Shown here in pieces: positions 8,583 through 17,995 of a stretch of 22,001 bases of DNA (the first letter of the stretch is position 1; every line of letters starts with the position of its first letter). Both the position numbers and the translations under genes were made by a program. This DNA comes from Candidatus Zixiibacteriota bacterium (GTDB lineage Bacteria; Zixibacteria; MSB-5A5; CAIYYT01): contig JBECKX010000148.1 in assembly GCA_040235515.1 (NCBI GenBank), positions 1-22,001 of the forward strand, read 5' to 3'. Below the pieces are notes generated by a model. It was not told the origin of the DNA. It saw only the letters and a list, made by a program, of their open reading frames with translations, and did not search any database.

Positions 8583-9806
8583 TCATGCTTTGGCGGATGT
8601 TTGCGAGCGCTGCTGCAGCAGCCCGGCGGCCTTATCGAGGATCACTCCGGCGAGTGTCCGCTTCGCCATTCTTCCAGGTTCCTCGATCTCCCCATCTGCG
8701 GAAATCAACGTCGCGATATTATCGTCACTCCCGAATTCCACTCCCTCGATCGTGGGATTGTTCATCACGATCAAATCGAAGTTCTTCCGGCGCAGCTTCG
8801 AGAGTGCTCGCTCGCGATTGGAATCGGTCTCCAGCGCAAACCCGATGGTAAACTGCCTCCCAGACTTCAGCGAGCCGAGTTCAGCCGCGATATCGGGGTT
8901 GGCTGTGAGTTTCAACGAGTCAGGCACAGGATGCGGAATCTTCTCCGCCGCGTACTCTGCGGGCCGAAAATCGGCGACCGCGGCACACAGGATGGCGCCA
9001 TCCGCCGACTTAAAATTCTCCCTCGTCGCTTTCAGCATCTGTTCAGCCGATTCGACGTCGATGCGGGCAACACCCGCCGGCGTTGGGAGTGACGTGGGAC
9101 CGCTGATCAGGATGACCTCCGCCCCCCGGAATGCCGCCTCCGCCGCGATAGCGTAGCCCATCTTACCCGAGGAGAAGTTCGAAAGGAAACGTACGGGATC
9201 GAGTCGCTCAACCGTCGGACCGGCGGTGACAACCAGCTTCTTGCCGGTTAGCGCCTTTCCGGCACTGAAGTATTGCTCAATCCGCCCGAAGATTTCCTCA
9301 GGCTCGGCCAATCTGCCAACACCGATTGTTTTGCAGGCCAATTCCCCCGACTCCGGCATAATGAAGAGATACCTAAGCTCCTGCAACTTCTCGATATTCT
9401 GCTGAACGATCGGATTGAGAAACATCTCGGTATTCATCGCTGTGGCGATGAGAAGATCAGACTGCTTGGCCATCACGATGGTAGTGAGCAGATCATCCGC
9501 GATTCCACCGGCGACTTTGCCGATGAAGTTCCCGGTTGCCGGCGCCACGACTATCAGATCCGCCCATTCGGCATAAGAGATATGATGCGTGGAGGCAAAG
9601 CGGTCGTGAGGAAACATCTCCGTCGCCACTGGATTATCGGAAAGCGTCTCGAGGGTTGTCTTAGTCACGAACTGTTCCCCCGATTTGGTGAGGACAACCT
9701 TGACCTCGGCGCCCGCTTTCTTTAACAGCCTGATGAGATAGCAGGCCTTGTAGGCTGCGATACAACCGGTGATCCCAAGTAGTATTTTCTTTCCGGCGAC
9801 TGACAT
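8583..9806 (-). CDS. coaBC: Bifunctional phosphopantothenoylcysteine decarboxylase / ligase
   Basis: KILLGITGCIAAYKA, HHISYAEWAD..VAPAT, G.LAC...G.GRL, VTAGPT.E.LDPVRFLSNFSSGKMG, GFALET. Confidence 0.97.
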   Translation of the reverse strand: MSVAGKKILLGITGCIAAYKACYLIRLLKKAGAEVKVVLTKSGEQFVTKTTLETLSDNPVATEMFPHDRFASTHHISYAEWADLIVVAPATGNFIGKVAGGIADDLLTTIVMAKQSDLLIATAMNTEMFLNPIVQQNIEKLQELRYLFIMPESGELACKTIGVGRLAEPEEIFGRIEQYFSAGKALTGKKLVVTAGPTVERLDPVRFLSNFSSGKMGYAIAAEAAFRGAEVILISGPTSLPTPAGVARIDVESAEQMLKATRENFKSADGAILCAAVADFRPAEYAAEKIPHPVPDSLKLTANPDIAAELGSLKSGRQFTIGFALETDSNRERALSKLRRKNFDLIVMNNPTIEGVEFGSDDNIATLISADGEIEEPGRMAKRTLAGVILDKAAGLLQQRSQTSAKA

Positions 9807-9893
9807 AGGAGTACTCCGCTTATAGTCGTGGCAGTTGCCACTTCGGTGAGTTCAACTGAGACGAATCAAACAAAGCCGACCAACCGTGGCGGG

Positions 9894-10355
9894 CTAGTTT
9901 ACGGTTTCATCACCATCGATATTGAAAAGATTCAAGTCGACAGCGGCACCTGAAGAGAATACGTAGCGGGAGGCGATGACTTTCATCACCGGAAGATCTA
10001 TTTTTTCATTGCCGATCAAAAACGCCTTATCAACGATTCGCTCGAACTGGGCAGGACTGATCAGGCTGAAGCGCAGTAATTGAATCAGGAAACCGGCGGC
10101 TTCGGGGGTGAATTGCTCCATCTCAGCGCTACTCAGAACTCGTACCGCCTGGCGGGCGTCGCGCCCCACGTGGAATTTGCTGCCTTCCTTCTGGAGTTCA
10201 TCGAGGAACCAGCCGTAGGCGGATGATATCTCTGAGTCGGTGAAGCCACGGCTCTTGAGGTCACGCGAGATATTCCGAAATGGGCCGATCTCGCCGTTGT
10301 GAGCCCGGATATGCTCTACGAGGTAGAATACTATTTCTAAGATTCTTTCTTCCAT
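9894..10355 (-). CDS. smg: DUF494 / Smg family protein
   Basis: MEERILEIVFYLVE...L.SRGFTDSEISSAYGWF...RVLSSAE...GFL.QL...LI....FERIV matches the Smg/DUF494 pattern. Start moved to ATG 10355 with GGAAGG upstream. Confidence 0.85.
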   Translation of the reverse strand: MEERILEIVFYLVEHIRAHNGEIGPFRNISRDLKSRGFTDSEISSAYGWFLDELQKEGSKFHVGRDARQAVRVLSSAEMEQFTPEAAGFLIQLLRFSLISPAQFERIVDKAFLIGNEKIDLPVMKVIASRYVFSSGAAVDLNLFNIDGDETVN

Positions 10356-10456
10356 TTCGATGCCTTCCAGTGGAGCCAAGGTAGCTCTGATGTACTAAAT
10401 CGGCATAATGCGCTCGGTTTACAGCGTAACCGGTAAATTGCTCAAAACTGTGGTAC

Positions 10457-10472
10457 TGCAACTGCCGTGCCT
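10457..10472 (-). promoter_or_regulatory. Putative sigma-54 (-24/-12) promoter
   Basis: Minus strand reads AGGCACG-GCAG-TTGCA versus consensus TGGCACG-N4-TTGCW. Correct GG-N10-GC spacing and orientation, about 100 nt upstream of smg. Confidence 0.6.
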
Positions 10473-10486
10473 GCAAATGTACAGCA

Positions 10487-10515
10487 AAGGTACGCTGCTA
10501 AATCGGGGCGCGCAA
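10487..10515 (-). promoter_or_regulatory. Possible sigma70-type promoter upstream of smg
   Basis: Minus strand reads TTGCGC-N17-TACCTT. Confidence 0.4.
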
Positions 10516-10572
10516 CAACAAAACCTCTCAAATGCAGTAAGAATTTGATGCGGTTATTCTTAGGGCTATTGT

Positions 10573-10618
10573 GCCGGTTTGCGAAGTATTTATCGGATAT
10601 GAGCTTACTCAAACCGGC
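10573..10618 (-). terminator. Stem-loop directly after the purH stop
   Basis: Perfect 9-bp inverted repeat GCCGGTTTG (10573-10581) / CAAACCGGC (10610-10618) with an imperfect inner extension. No U-tract. Confidence 0.45.
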
Positions 10619-12223
10619 TTAATGCCGGAAGTGGCGGGTGCCGGTTGTGACCATCGCGATTCCAGCTTTGTCAGCAGCAGCAATCGCGTCCTGATCCCGT
10701 TTCGAGCCGCCCGGCTGAATGATTGCCTTCACGCCCGCTGCAGCGGCTGCCTCGATTCCATCCGGCATCGGGAAGAACGCATCGGAAGCCAGCGTCGCTC
10801 CCTGCGCCCGCGAGCCGGCCTTCTTAACGGCATTCTCGACGGCATCGACACGGGAGGTCTGCCCGCAACCGGTGCCGACCAAAGCTGTATCGTTCATGAT
10901 CACAATGGCGTTGGATTTGACATGCTTGATCAACCGGAAGCCGAAGAGCATGGACTTGATCTGCTCCGCCGTTGGTGCAACCCTGGTCACGACAGTGAGG
11001 TCTTCAGCCTGCACTTGTTTATCATCGCTGCCCTGGTAGAGATATCCCCCATGAATTGCCTTCAACCAGAATTTCTGCGGCAGTTTCTTGCCGATCTGCG
11101 GGAGTCGCAGCAAGCGTCGCTGCTTCTTCTTGCGCAGCAGTGCCAGGGCATCCTCCTCGAAATCAGGCGCGAGAATACACTCGATAAACTGGGTTTCATG
11201 CAGGAGCTGGGCGGTTTCCAGGTCGACGATGCGGTTGAGGCCGATGATTGACCCAAATGCTGACAGCGGATCGGCTGCAAGCGCCTGCCTGTAAGCATCC
11301 GCCAGCGTTGTCGCTACGGCTGCACCGCAGGGATTGGTATGCTTGATCACAGCCGCGAACGGTTCGTCAAAGTCCAGTACCATCCCGAGACAGGCATCAA
11401 GGTCGACATAGTTGTTGTACGACAACTCCTTGCCCGCAAGCTGCTCTGCCTCAGCCAGGGAGAGTTCGCTGTTGCCCACGATATCGTAGAGCGCGGCTGC
11501 TTGATGCGGATTCTCCCCGTAGCGCAGCTCGGCTCGCTGTTTGAGTGCAAGGTTGATACCCCCCGGCAACTGACCGGCTGTGGCGGACTCAGCCGCCGAC
11601 GGTTTGGCTGCCGGACGGGCAAACTGCTCGAAGTAGTCGCTAATCGCTTTGTCATAGTCGTGAATCATCGAATAGGCTTCAGCCGCATAGCGTCGACGCA
11701 GCTCGAGCGGCAGGATACCCTCCTCCGCCTCGAACGAAGCCTTAAAACTGGCATACTGCGACGGGTCAACGAGAACTGTCACAGAGCTGAAATTTTTCGC
11801 AGCCGCGCGGATCAAGGTCGGACCACCGATATCGATATTCTCGATAATCTCCTCTTCGCCGGCTCCGCTGGCAACCGTCTCCACGAAGGGGTAGAGATTC
11901 ACTATCACCAGGTCGATCGCCTTGAAATCGAGGCTGTCGAGTTGCTGTTGATCTTCTGCGACTTCACGGCGAAACAGGATGCCGGCGGCAATCTTCGGAT
12001 GAAGCGTCTTGACGCGCCCCTCCAGAATCTCAGGTGCGCCGGTGAAGGATGAGACCGGCACAACCCGGATGCCCGCCTCCTTCAATACCTGCTTGGTGCC
12101 CCCGGTTGATATGATCTCCACGCCGTTACTATTGAGAAAGCGCGCCATTTCGACGATTCCGGTCTTGTCGGAAACGCTGATAATCGCACGCCTGATTCGC
12201 AAATCCTTGCGTTCGCTGTTCAT
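10619..12223 (-). CDS. purH: Bifunctional AICAR formyltransferase / IMP cyclohydrolase
   Basis: RAIISVSDKTG, STGGT, GRVKTLHPKI, IENIDIGGP, LRYGENPHQ, SYNN, IKHTNPCG, HVKSNAI, ASDAFFP, QPGGS, RHFRH C-terminus. Confidence 0.98.
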   Translation of the reverse strand: MNSERKDLRIRRAIISVSDKTGIVEMARFLNSNGVEIISTGGTKQVLKEAGIRVVPVSSFTGAPEILEGRVKTLHPKIAAGILFRREVAEDQQQLDSLDFKAIDLVIVNLYPFVETVASGAGEEEIIENIDIGGPTLIRAAAKNFSSVTVLVDPSQYASFKASFEAEEGILPLELRRRYAAEAYSMIHDYDKAISDYFEQFARPAAKPSAAESATAGQLPGGINLALKQRAELRYGENPHQAAALYDIVGNSELSLAEAEQLAGKELSYNNYVDLDACLGMVLDFDEPFAAVIKHTNPCGAAVATTLADAYRQALAADPLSAFGSIIGLNRIVDLETAQLLHETQFIECILAPDFEEDALALLRKKKQRRLLRLPQIGKKLPQKFWLKAIHGGYLYQGSDDKQVQAEDLTVVTRVAPTAEQIKSMLFGFRLIKHVKSNAIVIMNDTALVGTGCGQTSRVDAVENAVKKAGSRAQGATLASDAFFPMPDGIEAAAAAGVKAIIQPGGSKRDQDAIAAADKAGIAMVTTGTRHFRH

Positions 12224-12255
12224 CCAAACCCTCCCGAGGTCTTGCTCAAATTCGA

Positions 12256-13161
12256 CTAGCTGAGCAGAAGTTTCTCGACCTGCTCATACTTCTCCCGCGT
12301 CTTATCGATCACATCCTGCGGGAGGTGCGGTGGCTCGGAATTCTTATCCCAGCCGGTCTGCGAGAGATAGTCACGAACGAACTGTTTGTCAAATGACTCT
12401 TGCGATTTTCCGAGCTGGTATTTTTCTGCCGGCCAGAAACGGGAGGAGTCCGGGGATAGAACTTCATCAATCAGGATTATCTGATTGTCATGAAAACCGA
12501 ATTCGAATTTGGTATCGGCCAGGATAATGCCGCGACTGCGGCAATAGTCAGCCGCCTTGGTGTAGATATTCTTCGAGAGTTTGCGCAACTCCGCCGCGAC
12601 ATCAACTCCAACCATCCCCGCCATCTCTTCGAACGAGATATTGATGTCATGGCCGTCATCCTCCTTGGTCGCGGGCGTGAAAATCGGCTCGTCGAACTTC
12701 TGCGATTCCTGCAGATTGTTGGGGAAGGTAAAGCCCAGTAGCTTGGCGCCACCGCCGGCCGCGACCTGTTGCTTGTACTCCTTCCAGAGCGAACCGACGA
12801 TGTAGCCGCGCACGACACATTCGATGTCGATCCGTTCAGCTTTGTGGACCAACATCGAACGACCCTCAAGCTGGTCACGATATTTCGGTAGCGGATCGGG
12901 GTATTCATCCACATTGGCCGTGATGAAGTGGCTGGGGACTACGTCCTTGAGGAACTCAAACCAGAACAGAGACATGCGGGTGAGTACCGCCCCCTTCCCC
13001 GGTATCGGATCAGGAATAACGTAGTCAAATGCCGATATGCGATCCGTTGCGACGATCAGCAGCTTGTCATCGAGATCGTACACATCCCGCACTTTGCCGC
13101 GAGAAAAGAGTTTGACGCCGGGCAATTCAGTCTGCAATACACTTTCCATAACTCGATCCAT
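12256..13161 (-). CDS. purC: SAICAR synthetase (long, Ade1-like form)
   Basis: RGKVRDVY, TDRISAFD, IECVVRGY, FTPATK, ILADTKFEFG, DEVLSPDSSRFW, SFDKQFVRDYL. Start ATG 13161 with GGAG upstream. Confidence 0.97.
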   Translation of the reverse strand: MDRVMESVLQTELPGVKLFSRGKVRDVYDLDDKLLIVATDRISAFDYVIPDPIPGKGAVLTRMSLFWFEFLKDVVPSHFITANVDEYPDPLPKYRDQLEGRSMLVHKAERIDIECVVRGYIVGSLWKEYKQQVAAGGGAKLLGFTFPNNLQESQKFDEPIFTPATKEDDGHDINISFEEMAGMVGVDVAAELRKLSKNIYTKAADYCRSRGIILADTKFEFGFHDNQIILIDEVLSPDSSRFWPAEKYQLGKSQESFDKQFVRDYLSQTGWDKNSEPPHLPQDVIDKTREKYEQVEKLLLS

Positions 13162-13165
13162 TACT

Positions 13166-13771
13166 CTACTCCAATGAAAGCTCACCCGCTGCAATCCTCG
13201 CGACCACCTCGGGATAAAGTTTGTGTTCCAGTTTCAATACACGCTGCTGCAGCGAATCGGCGTCGTCATCGGGCAACACCGGGACGCTCTCCTGAGCGAG
13301 GATTTTGCCTCGATCATACACTTCATCGATCAAGTGAACGGTTACGCCTGTGACAGCCTCGCCTGCTGCGATGACAGCCTCATGCACATGCTTGCCATAC
13401 ATCCCTTTGCCGCCAAACTTCGGAAGCAGTGCGGGATGAATATTCAATATACGGCGCGGATAGGCATCGAGCAGCATTTTCGGTATCTTTTTCATATATC
13501 CGGCAAGACAGATCAAATCAACCGACTTTGCCCTGAGATGGGAAAGCAACTCCGAGGCGAACGCGTCCTCTGTTTCGAAGTTCCGGTCAGAGATCACAAG
13601 TGATTCAATGCCATGGTGTTGAGCGCGCTCTATTGCGTACGCCTTCCGGTTGTTCGAGACCACCAAAACGATCCGGGCAGTCATCGCGCCAGCCTCGGCA
13701 GCATCAATCAATGACTGTAAATTCGACCCGCCATGTGAGGCGAAGACCGCAACGTTAAGTTTGGCTCCCAT
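13166..13771 (-). CDS. purN: Phosphoribosylglycinamide formyltransferase
   Basis: AVFASHGGSNLQ, LAGYMK, ILNIHPALLPKFGG.GMYG, TGVTVH..DE.YD.G. Confidence 0.97.
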   Translation of the reverse strand: MGAKLNVAVFASHGGSNLQSLIDAAEAGAMTARIVLVVSNNRKAYAIERAQHHGIESLVISDRNFETEDAFASELLSHLRAKSVDLICLAGYMKKIPKMLLDAYPRRILNIHPALLPKFGGKGMYGKHVHEAVIAAGEAVTGVTVHLIDEVYDRGKILAQESVPVLPDDDADSLQQRVLKLEHKLYPEVVARIAAGELSLE

Positions 13772-13773
13772 CG

Positions 13774-15216
13774 TTACTCCGCCAGCTTCCGGTTGAACAA
13801 TTCGGTGGCCAACTTGGGGTCTGCTTTCCCCTCTGTCGCCTTCATGGCGCTACCGACGAAGAAGCCCATCAGCTTCTTATGTCCACCCTTGAATCGCTTT
13901 ACCTCGTCAGGGCTCTCTTCAATAATCTTGTCGATGATCCGCTCCAGCTCACTCGTGTCGGTTATCGGTGCCAGGCCGCGCGCGGCGACGATGTCCTCGG
14001 GAGCTGCCGGATCGGTCAGCATCGCTTCGAATACCTCCTTGGCAATCGGACCGGTGATCTGATTTGACAGTGTCATTTTGATTAAGGAGCCAAGGCGATC
14101 CGGTGTGATTGCGAAGGCGCTGATGTTGTCGCTTGGCTGATCCTTGATCCGGGCGAGGACTTCAGTCATGATCCAGTTTGAAGCCGCCTTCGGGTTGTTG
14201 GTAACCCGGACAGTCGCTTCGAAATAATCTGCCAACGTTCGTGAAGTTGACAGCACTTCGGCATCATACTCCGGAATGTGATACTGCTCGACAAAGCGTG
14301 CTCTGCGTTTGAGTGGCAACTCCGGCAGGGCAGCTTTCACCCCGGCAATCCAGTCGGGAGCGACCTCCAGCGTCACCAGGTCTGGGTCGGGGAAGTAGCG
14401 ATAGTCATGCGATTCTTCCTTCGAGCGCATCGGATAGCATTTGCCGTCTGAATCGTTGTAGAGCAGAGTTTGCTGTTGGATTTCGCCTCCCGATTCCAGT
14501 ATTGCGATCTGCCTGTCGATCTCGAAAGCAATCGCACGCTGTACCCCGCGAATCGAGTTCATGTTCTTGACCTCGGTCTTGGTACCGAATTCTTTCTGCC
14601 CCTTAGGACGTACGCTGACATTCGCGTCACAGCGCAAACTTCCCTGTTCCATATTGCCGTCACAAATTCCGAGGTACTCCACGAGCTGTTTCAACGCGTG
14701 AAGGTAAGCGAACGCCTCCTCGGCGGAACGAATATCGGGCTCGCTCACTATCTCGATCAGCGGTGTGCCGCAGCGGTTCAGATCAACCCGGGAATAATCA
14801 TCGCCGCTGCCCTCCGGATGAAGCGACTTGCCTGCATCCTCCTCCAGATGTATGCGGTTGAGCTGCACGCTGTTCTGCTGACCATCAAGGATGAATGTGA
14901 TCGAACCACCAACGCCGATCGGCCTGTCATACTGTGAGATCTGATAGCCTTTCGGAAGATCGGGGTAAAAGTAGTTCTTACGCGCGAACACCGATTCAGT
15001 CGCCACCTCGCCACCAGTTGCTATGATCATTCTCATCGCAAAATCGACGGCTCTCTGATTCAGCACCGGGAGGCTCCCGGGCATCCCGAGACAAACCGGG
15101 CAGGTCGAACTGTTGGGTGATTGACCGAAGCGAGTGCTGCAGCCACAAAAGATCTTACTATCGGTAAGCAACTGCGCGTGGACCTCAAGTCCGATGACTG
15201 GTTCCCACTCACGCAT
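13774..15216 (-). CDS. gatB: Asp-tRNA(Asn)/Glu-tRNA(Gln) amidotransferase subunit B
   Basis: VIGLEVHAQL, KIFC, CPVCLG.PGSLP, RKNYFYPDLPKGYQISQY, HLEEDAGK, LRCDANVS, DYRYFPDPDL, C-terminal Yqey domain. Confidence 0.98.
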   Translation of the reverse strand: MREWEPVIGLEVHAQLLTDSKIFCGCSTRFGQSPNSSTCPVCLGMPGSLPVLNQRAVDFAMRMIIATGGEVATESVFARKNYFYPDLPKGYQISQYDRPIGVGGSITFILDGQQNSVQLNRIHLEEDAGKSLHPEGSGDDYSRVDLNRCGTPLIEIVSEPDIRSAEEAFAYLHALKQLVEYLGICDGNMEQGSLRCDANVSVRPKGQKEFGTKTEVKNMNSIRGVQRAIAFEIDRQIAILESGGEIQQQTLLYNDSDGKCYPMRSKEESHDYRYFPDPDLVTLEVAPDWIAGVKAALPELPLKRRARFVEQYHIPEYDAEVLSTSRTLADYFEATVRVTNNPKAASNWIMTEVLARIKDQPSDNISAFAITPDRLGSLIKMTLSNQITGPIAKEVFEAMLTDPAAPEDIVAARGLAPITDTSELERIIDKIIEESPDEVKRFKGGHKKLMGFFVGSAMKATEGKADPKLATELFNRKLAE

Positions 15217-16633
15217 CGTTCAACTGCTCCACCTGAGAGGCTACCTCAAGTAACTGATACTCGGAAAAGCGCGGTCCGATGAACTGAACCCCGATTGGGA
15301 GACCTTCACCGTCCCGGCCATACGGCACCGAGATAGCCGGAATGCCGGCGAGGTTCACACTCACCGTAAAGATGTCGGAGAGATACATCGCCAACGGATC
15401 GTCAACCTTCTCCCCGAGCTTAAACGCGGTTGTCGGCGTAGAGGGTGAGAGCAGCAAGTCTGTCTGTTGAAATGCCCTTTCAAAGTCTTGAGAGATCAGG
15501 CGACGCACCTGCTGTGCCTTCCGGTAGTAGGCGTCATAATAGCCCGATGACAGCACGTACGTGCCCAGCATGATCCGGCGCTTAACCTCCGCGCCGAAAC
15601 CCTCGGACCGGGTCGTTGTGTACATCTCGGCGAGGTTGGAAGCTCCGGCGGTGCGATGGCCGAACTTCACTCCATCAAAGCGAGCCAGGTTGGATGAGGC
15701 TTCCGCATCCGCAATCGTATAGTAAGTCGCTATCGCATGCCTGGCATTCGGCAGGCTCACTTCGATGATCCGACACCCTGAGTCAGCGAGCCTCTCCTTG
15801 AGATCAGCGATAGCTGCAGCTATCTCAGGCTGGATATCATTCTCGAAGTACTCACGCGGGATTCCGATTCTCAACCCCTTGAATTCTTTCAGGTCAGTTC
15901 GCGAGGGATACGATTCTTGCGGGATGGAAGTGGTATCTTTGGGGTCGTGTCCGGAGATGATATCAAACACCAGCCGCGCCGTGTCGGCATCGGCTGCAAG
16001 AGGTCCGATCTGGTCAAGCGAGGATGCGAACGCTACGAGTCCATAACGACTCACCGTGCCATAGGTCGGCTTGAGGCCAACCACTCCGCAGAATGCCGAG
16101 GGCTGTCTGATCGAGCCGCCGGTGTCTGAGCCGAGTGCGATCGGGACGACCCCGGTGGCCACTGCGGCTGCGGACCCGCCGGAAGATCCACCCGGCGCCC
16201 TGGCGGGATCACGTGGATTGCGGACAGCGCCCTGAGCCGAGTTTTCGTTGGAGGAGCCCATTCCGAATTCATCCATGTTGCTCTTGGCCACGATGACGGC
16301 ATCCTCGGCGAGGAGTTTCGTGATCACAGTCGCGTCGTACGGAGGGGTAAAGTTTTGCAGAATTCTCGATGAGCATGTCGTGGGGTGGCCCGAAACGCAG
16401 ATGTTGTCTTTGACAACTACTGGTACCCCAAACAGCTTGCCTCCGGGTTGGCCGGAGGCAGCTTTTTTCTCGAGTCGTTCTATTGTCTGGTGCGCCAATC
16501 CAATCGTGATAGAAGTGAAGCAATTGAGGTCGCGTTGAATACGCTCAAGTTCAGGCAGCAACCTGTCGTAGTAGCTGCCAAGTCCTGCTTCACCCTCTTC
16601 AAACCGGCGGCGCAACTTTGCAGCAGCACCCAT
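15209..16633 (-). CDS. gatA: Asp-tRNA(Asn)/Glu-tRNA(Gln) amidotransferase subunit A
   Basis: Amidase signature KDNI, NMDEFGMGSS.E, PGGSSGGSAAAV, GSDTGGSIRQP; GatA-specific ASSNLARFDG, RSEGFG.EVKRRIMLGTYVLSSGYYDAYY. Confidence 0.97.
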   Translation of the reverse strand: MGAAAKLRRRFEEGEAGLGSYYDRLLPELERIQRDLNCFTSITIGLAHQTIERLEKKAASGQPGGKLFGVPVVVKDNICVSGHPTTCSSRILQNFTPPYDATVITKLLAEDAVIVAKSNMDEFGMGSSNENSAQGAVRNPRDPARAPGGSSGGSAAAVATGVVPIALGSDTGGSIRQPSAFCGVVGLKPTYGTVSRYGLVAFASSLDQIGPLAADADTARLVFDIISGHDPKDTTSIPQESYPSRTDLKEFKGLRIGIPREYFENDIQPEIAAAIADLKERLADSGCRIIEVSLPNARHAIATYYTIADAEASSNLARFDGVKFGHRTAGASNLAEMYTTTRSEGFGAEVKRRIMLGTYVLSSGYYDAYYRKAQQVRRLISQDFERAFQQTDLLLSPSTPTTAFKLGEKVDDPLAMYLSDIFTVSVNLAGIPAISVPYGRDGEGLPIGVQFIGPRFSEYQLLEVASQVEQLNDA

Positions 16634-16663
16634 GATATCAGCCGAAGCGCGAGTCGAGTCGAA

Positions 16664-17995
16664 CTACAGCGTCCGATAGTACGAATCGATCTCGTAATCG
16701 GTCACTTGAATTCTATACTGATCCCATTCTTTCTGCTTGTTGGCGATCAGGCTGTTGAAGATATGCTCACCGAGAATCTCACGCATCAGCGTCGATTTCT
16801 TGAATTCCGCCAGCGCAGCTTCCAGTGTGCCGGGGAGCGATTCGATCTTGCGTTTCTTGCGCTCCTTCTCCGACATGTGGAAGATGTTATCCTCGGTCGG
16901 CTTCTCAAGCTGGTAGCCCTTCTCGATACCCTCCAGCCCTGCGCCCAGCATCACTGCAAAGGCGAGGTACGGATTGCAGGCCGGATCGGGGGAGCGCAAC
17001 TCAACGCGCGTCGCCTTTTCCTTGCCGTAGCGGTACATCGGAATGCGAATCATCGATGAACGATTGCGCTGTCCCCAGGAGATGTAACACGGTGCTTCAT
17101 AGCCGGGAACGAGACGCTTATACGAATTCACCCACTGATTCGTGATCATGGTGAACTCTTTGACATGCTTCATCAGGCCGGCGATGTAGGAACGGCCAGT
17201 GTCGGAGAGATGGTAGTCGGCGTCCTTGGAAAAGAAGGCATTGCTCTTCCCCTTGAACAGCGACTGGTGGCAGTGCATCCCGCTGCCATTCTGCCCGAAG
17301 ATCGGCTTCGGCATGAAAGTGGCATAGATTCCATTCTCGAGCGCAACTTCCTTCACGATCATGCGATAGATCATCGCGAAGTCAGCCATCTTCAGCGCAT
17401 TCTCGTACTTCAGGTCGATTTCCTGTTGCGACGGCGCCACCTCATGGTGCGAGCACTCAACCTGCACGCCGATCGATTCGAGCGCCACAACCGTTTTTTT
17501 GCGTACCCTCGTGCCGAGATCGATGGTGCCATAGTCGAAGTATCCCGCTTCATCGATTATCTCCGGCTCGCCGTTTTCACCGTTGCGGAAGTAGAAATAC
17601 TCCAGCTCGGGGCCGACATAGAAGGTGTAACCGAGCTGACTTGCCTTTTCCAGCATGCGGCGGAGTACGTAGCGCGGATCGCCCTCGTAAGGCTCACCCT
17701 TGGGGTTCTCGACATCGCAGAACATCATGGCGACTTTCTCGCCGGCAATTTCCCACGGGAAGATCCGGAAGGTTTGCAGGTCGGGACGCGCCGTCAGATC
17801 AGATTCTTCGATTCGTACAAAGCCTTCGATAGATGAGCCATCGAATCCCTGGCCGTTTTCCAGGACCTCATCCAGCTCTGAACGAGTAATTGACATCCCC
17901 TTCAAACGTCCCAGAATGTCGGTAAAGTAGCAGCGTAGATAGCCAACGCCCTCTTTATCCATTAGTTCGCGAATTTCGTCGGCTGTGTACGACAT
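16664..17995 (-). CDS. glnA: Glutamine synthetase type I (GSI-alpha length)
   Basis: FTDILG, FDGSSIEGF.RIEESD, GPELEY, HHEVAPSQQEI, ATFMPKP..GQNGSGMHCHQSL, NSYKRLVPGYEAP, NRS..IRIP, RVELRSPD. SD AAGGAG upstream. Confidence 0.97.
   Translation of the reverse strand: MSYTADEIRELMDKEGVGYLRCYFTDILGRLKGMSITRSELDEVLENGQGFDGSSIEGFVRIEESDLTARPDLQTFRIFPWEIAGEKVAMMFCDVENPKGEPYEGDPRYVLRRMLEKASQLGYTFYVGPELEYFYFRNGENGEPEIIDEAGYFDYGTIDLGTRVRKKTVVALESIGVQVECSHHEVAPSQQEIDLKYENALKMADFAMIYRMIVKEVALENGIYATFMPKPIFGQNGSGMHCHQSLFKGKSNAFFSKDADYHLSDTGRSYIAGLMKHVKEFTMITNQWVNSYKRLVPGYEAPCYISWGQRNRSSMIRIPMYRYGKEKATRVELRSPDPACNPYLAFAVMLGAGLEGIEKGYQLEKPTEDNIFHMSEKERKKRKIESLPGTLEAALAEFKKSTLMREILGEHIFNSLIANKQKEWDQYRIQVTDYEIDSYYRTL

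Noticed and set aside
10395..10506. 9-bp direct repeat CTAAATCGG at 10395 and 10498
   Set aside because: Only two short copies 103 bp apart; not distinguishable from chance without comparative data.
12224..12255. ZTP or purine riboswitch upstream of purH
   Set aside because: The gap is only 32 bp and no aptamer is recognisable; the other pur gaps are 2-4 bp.
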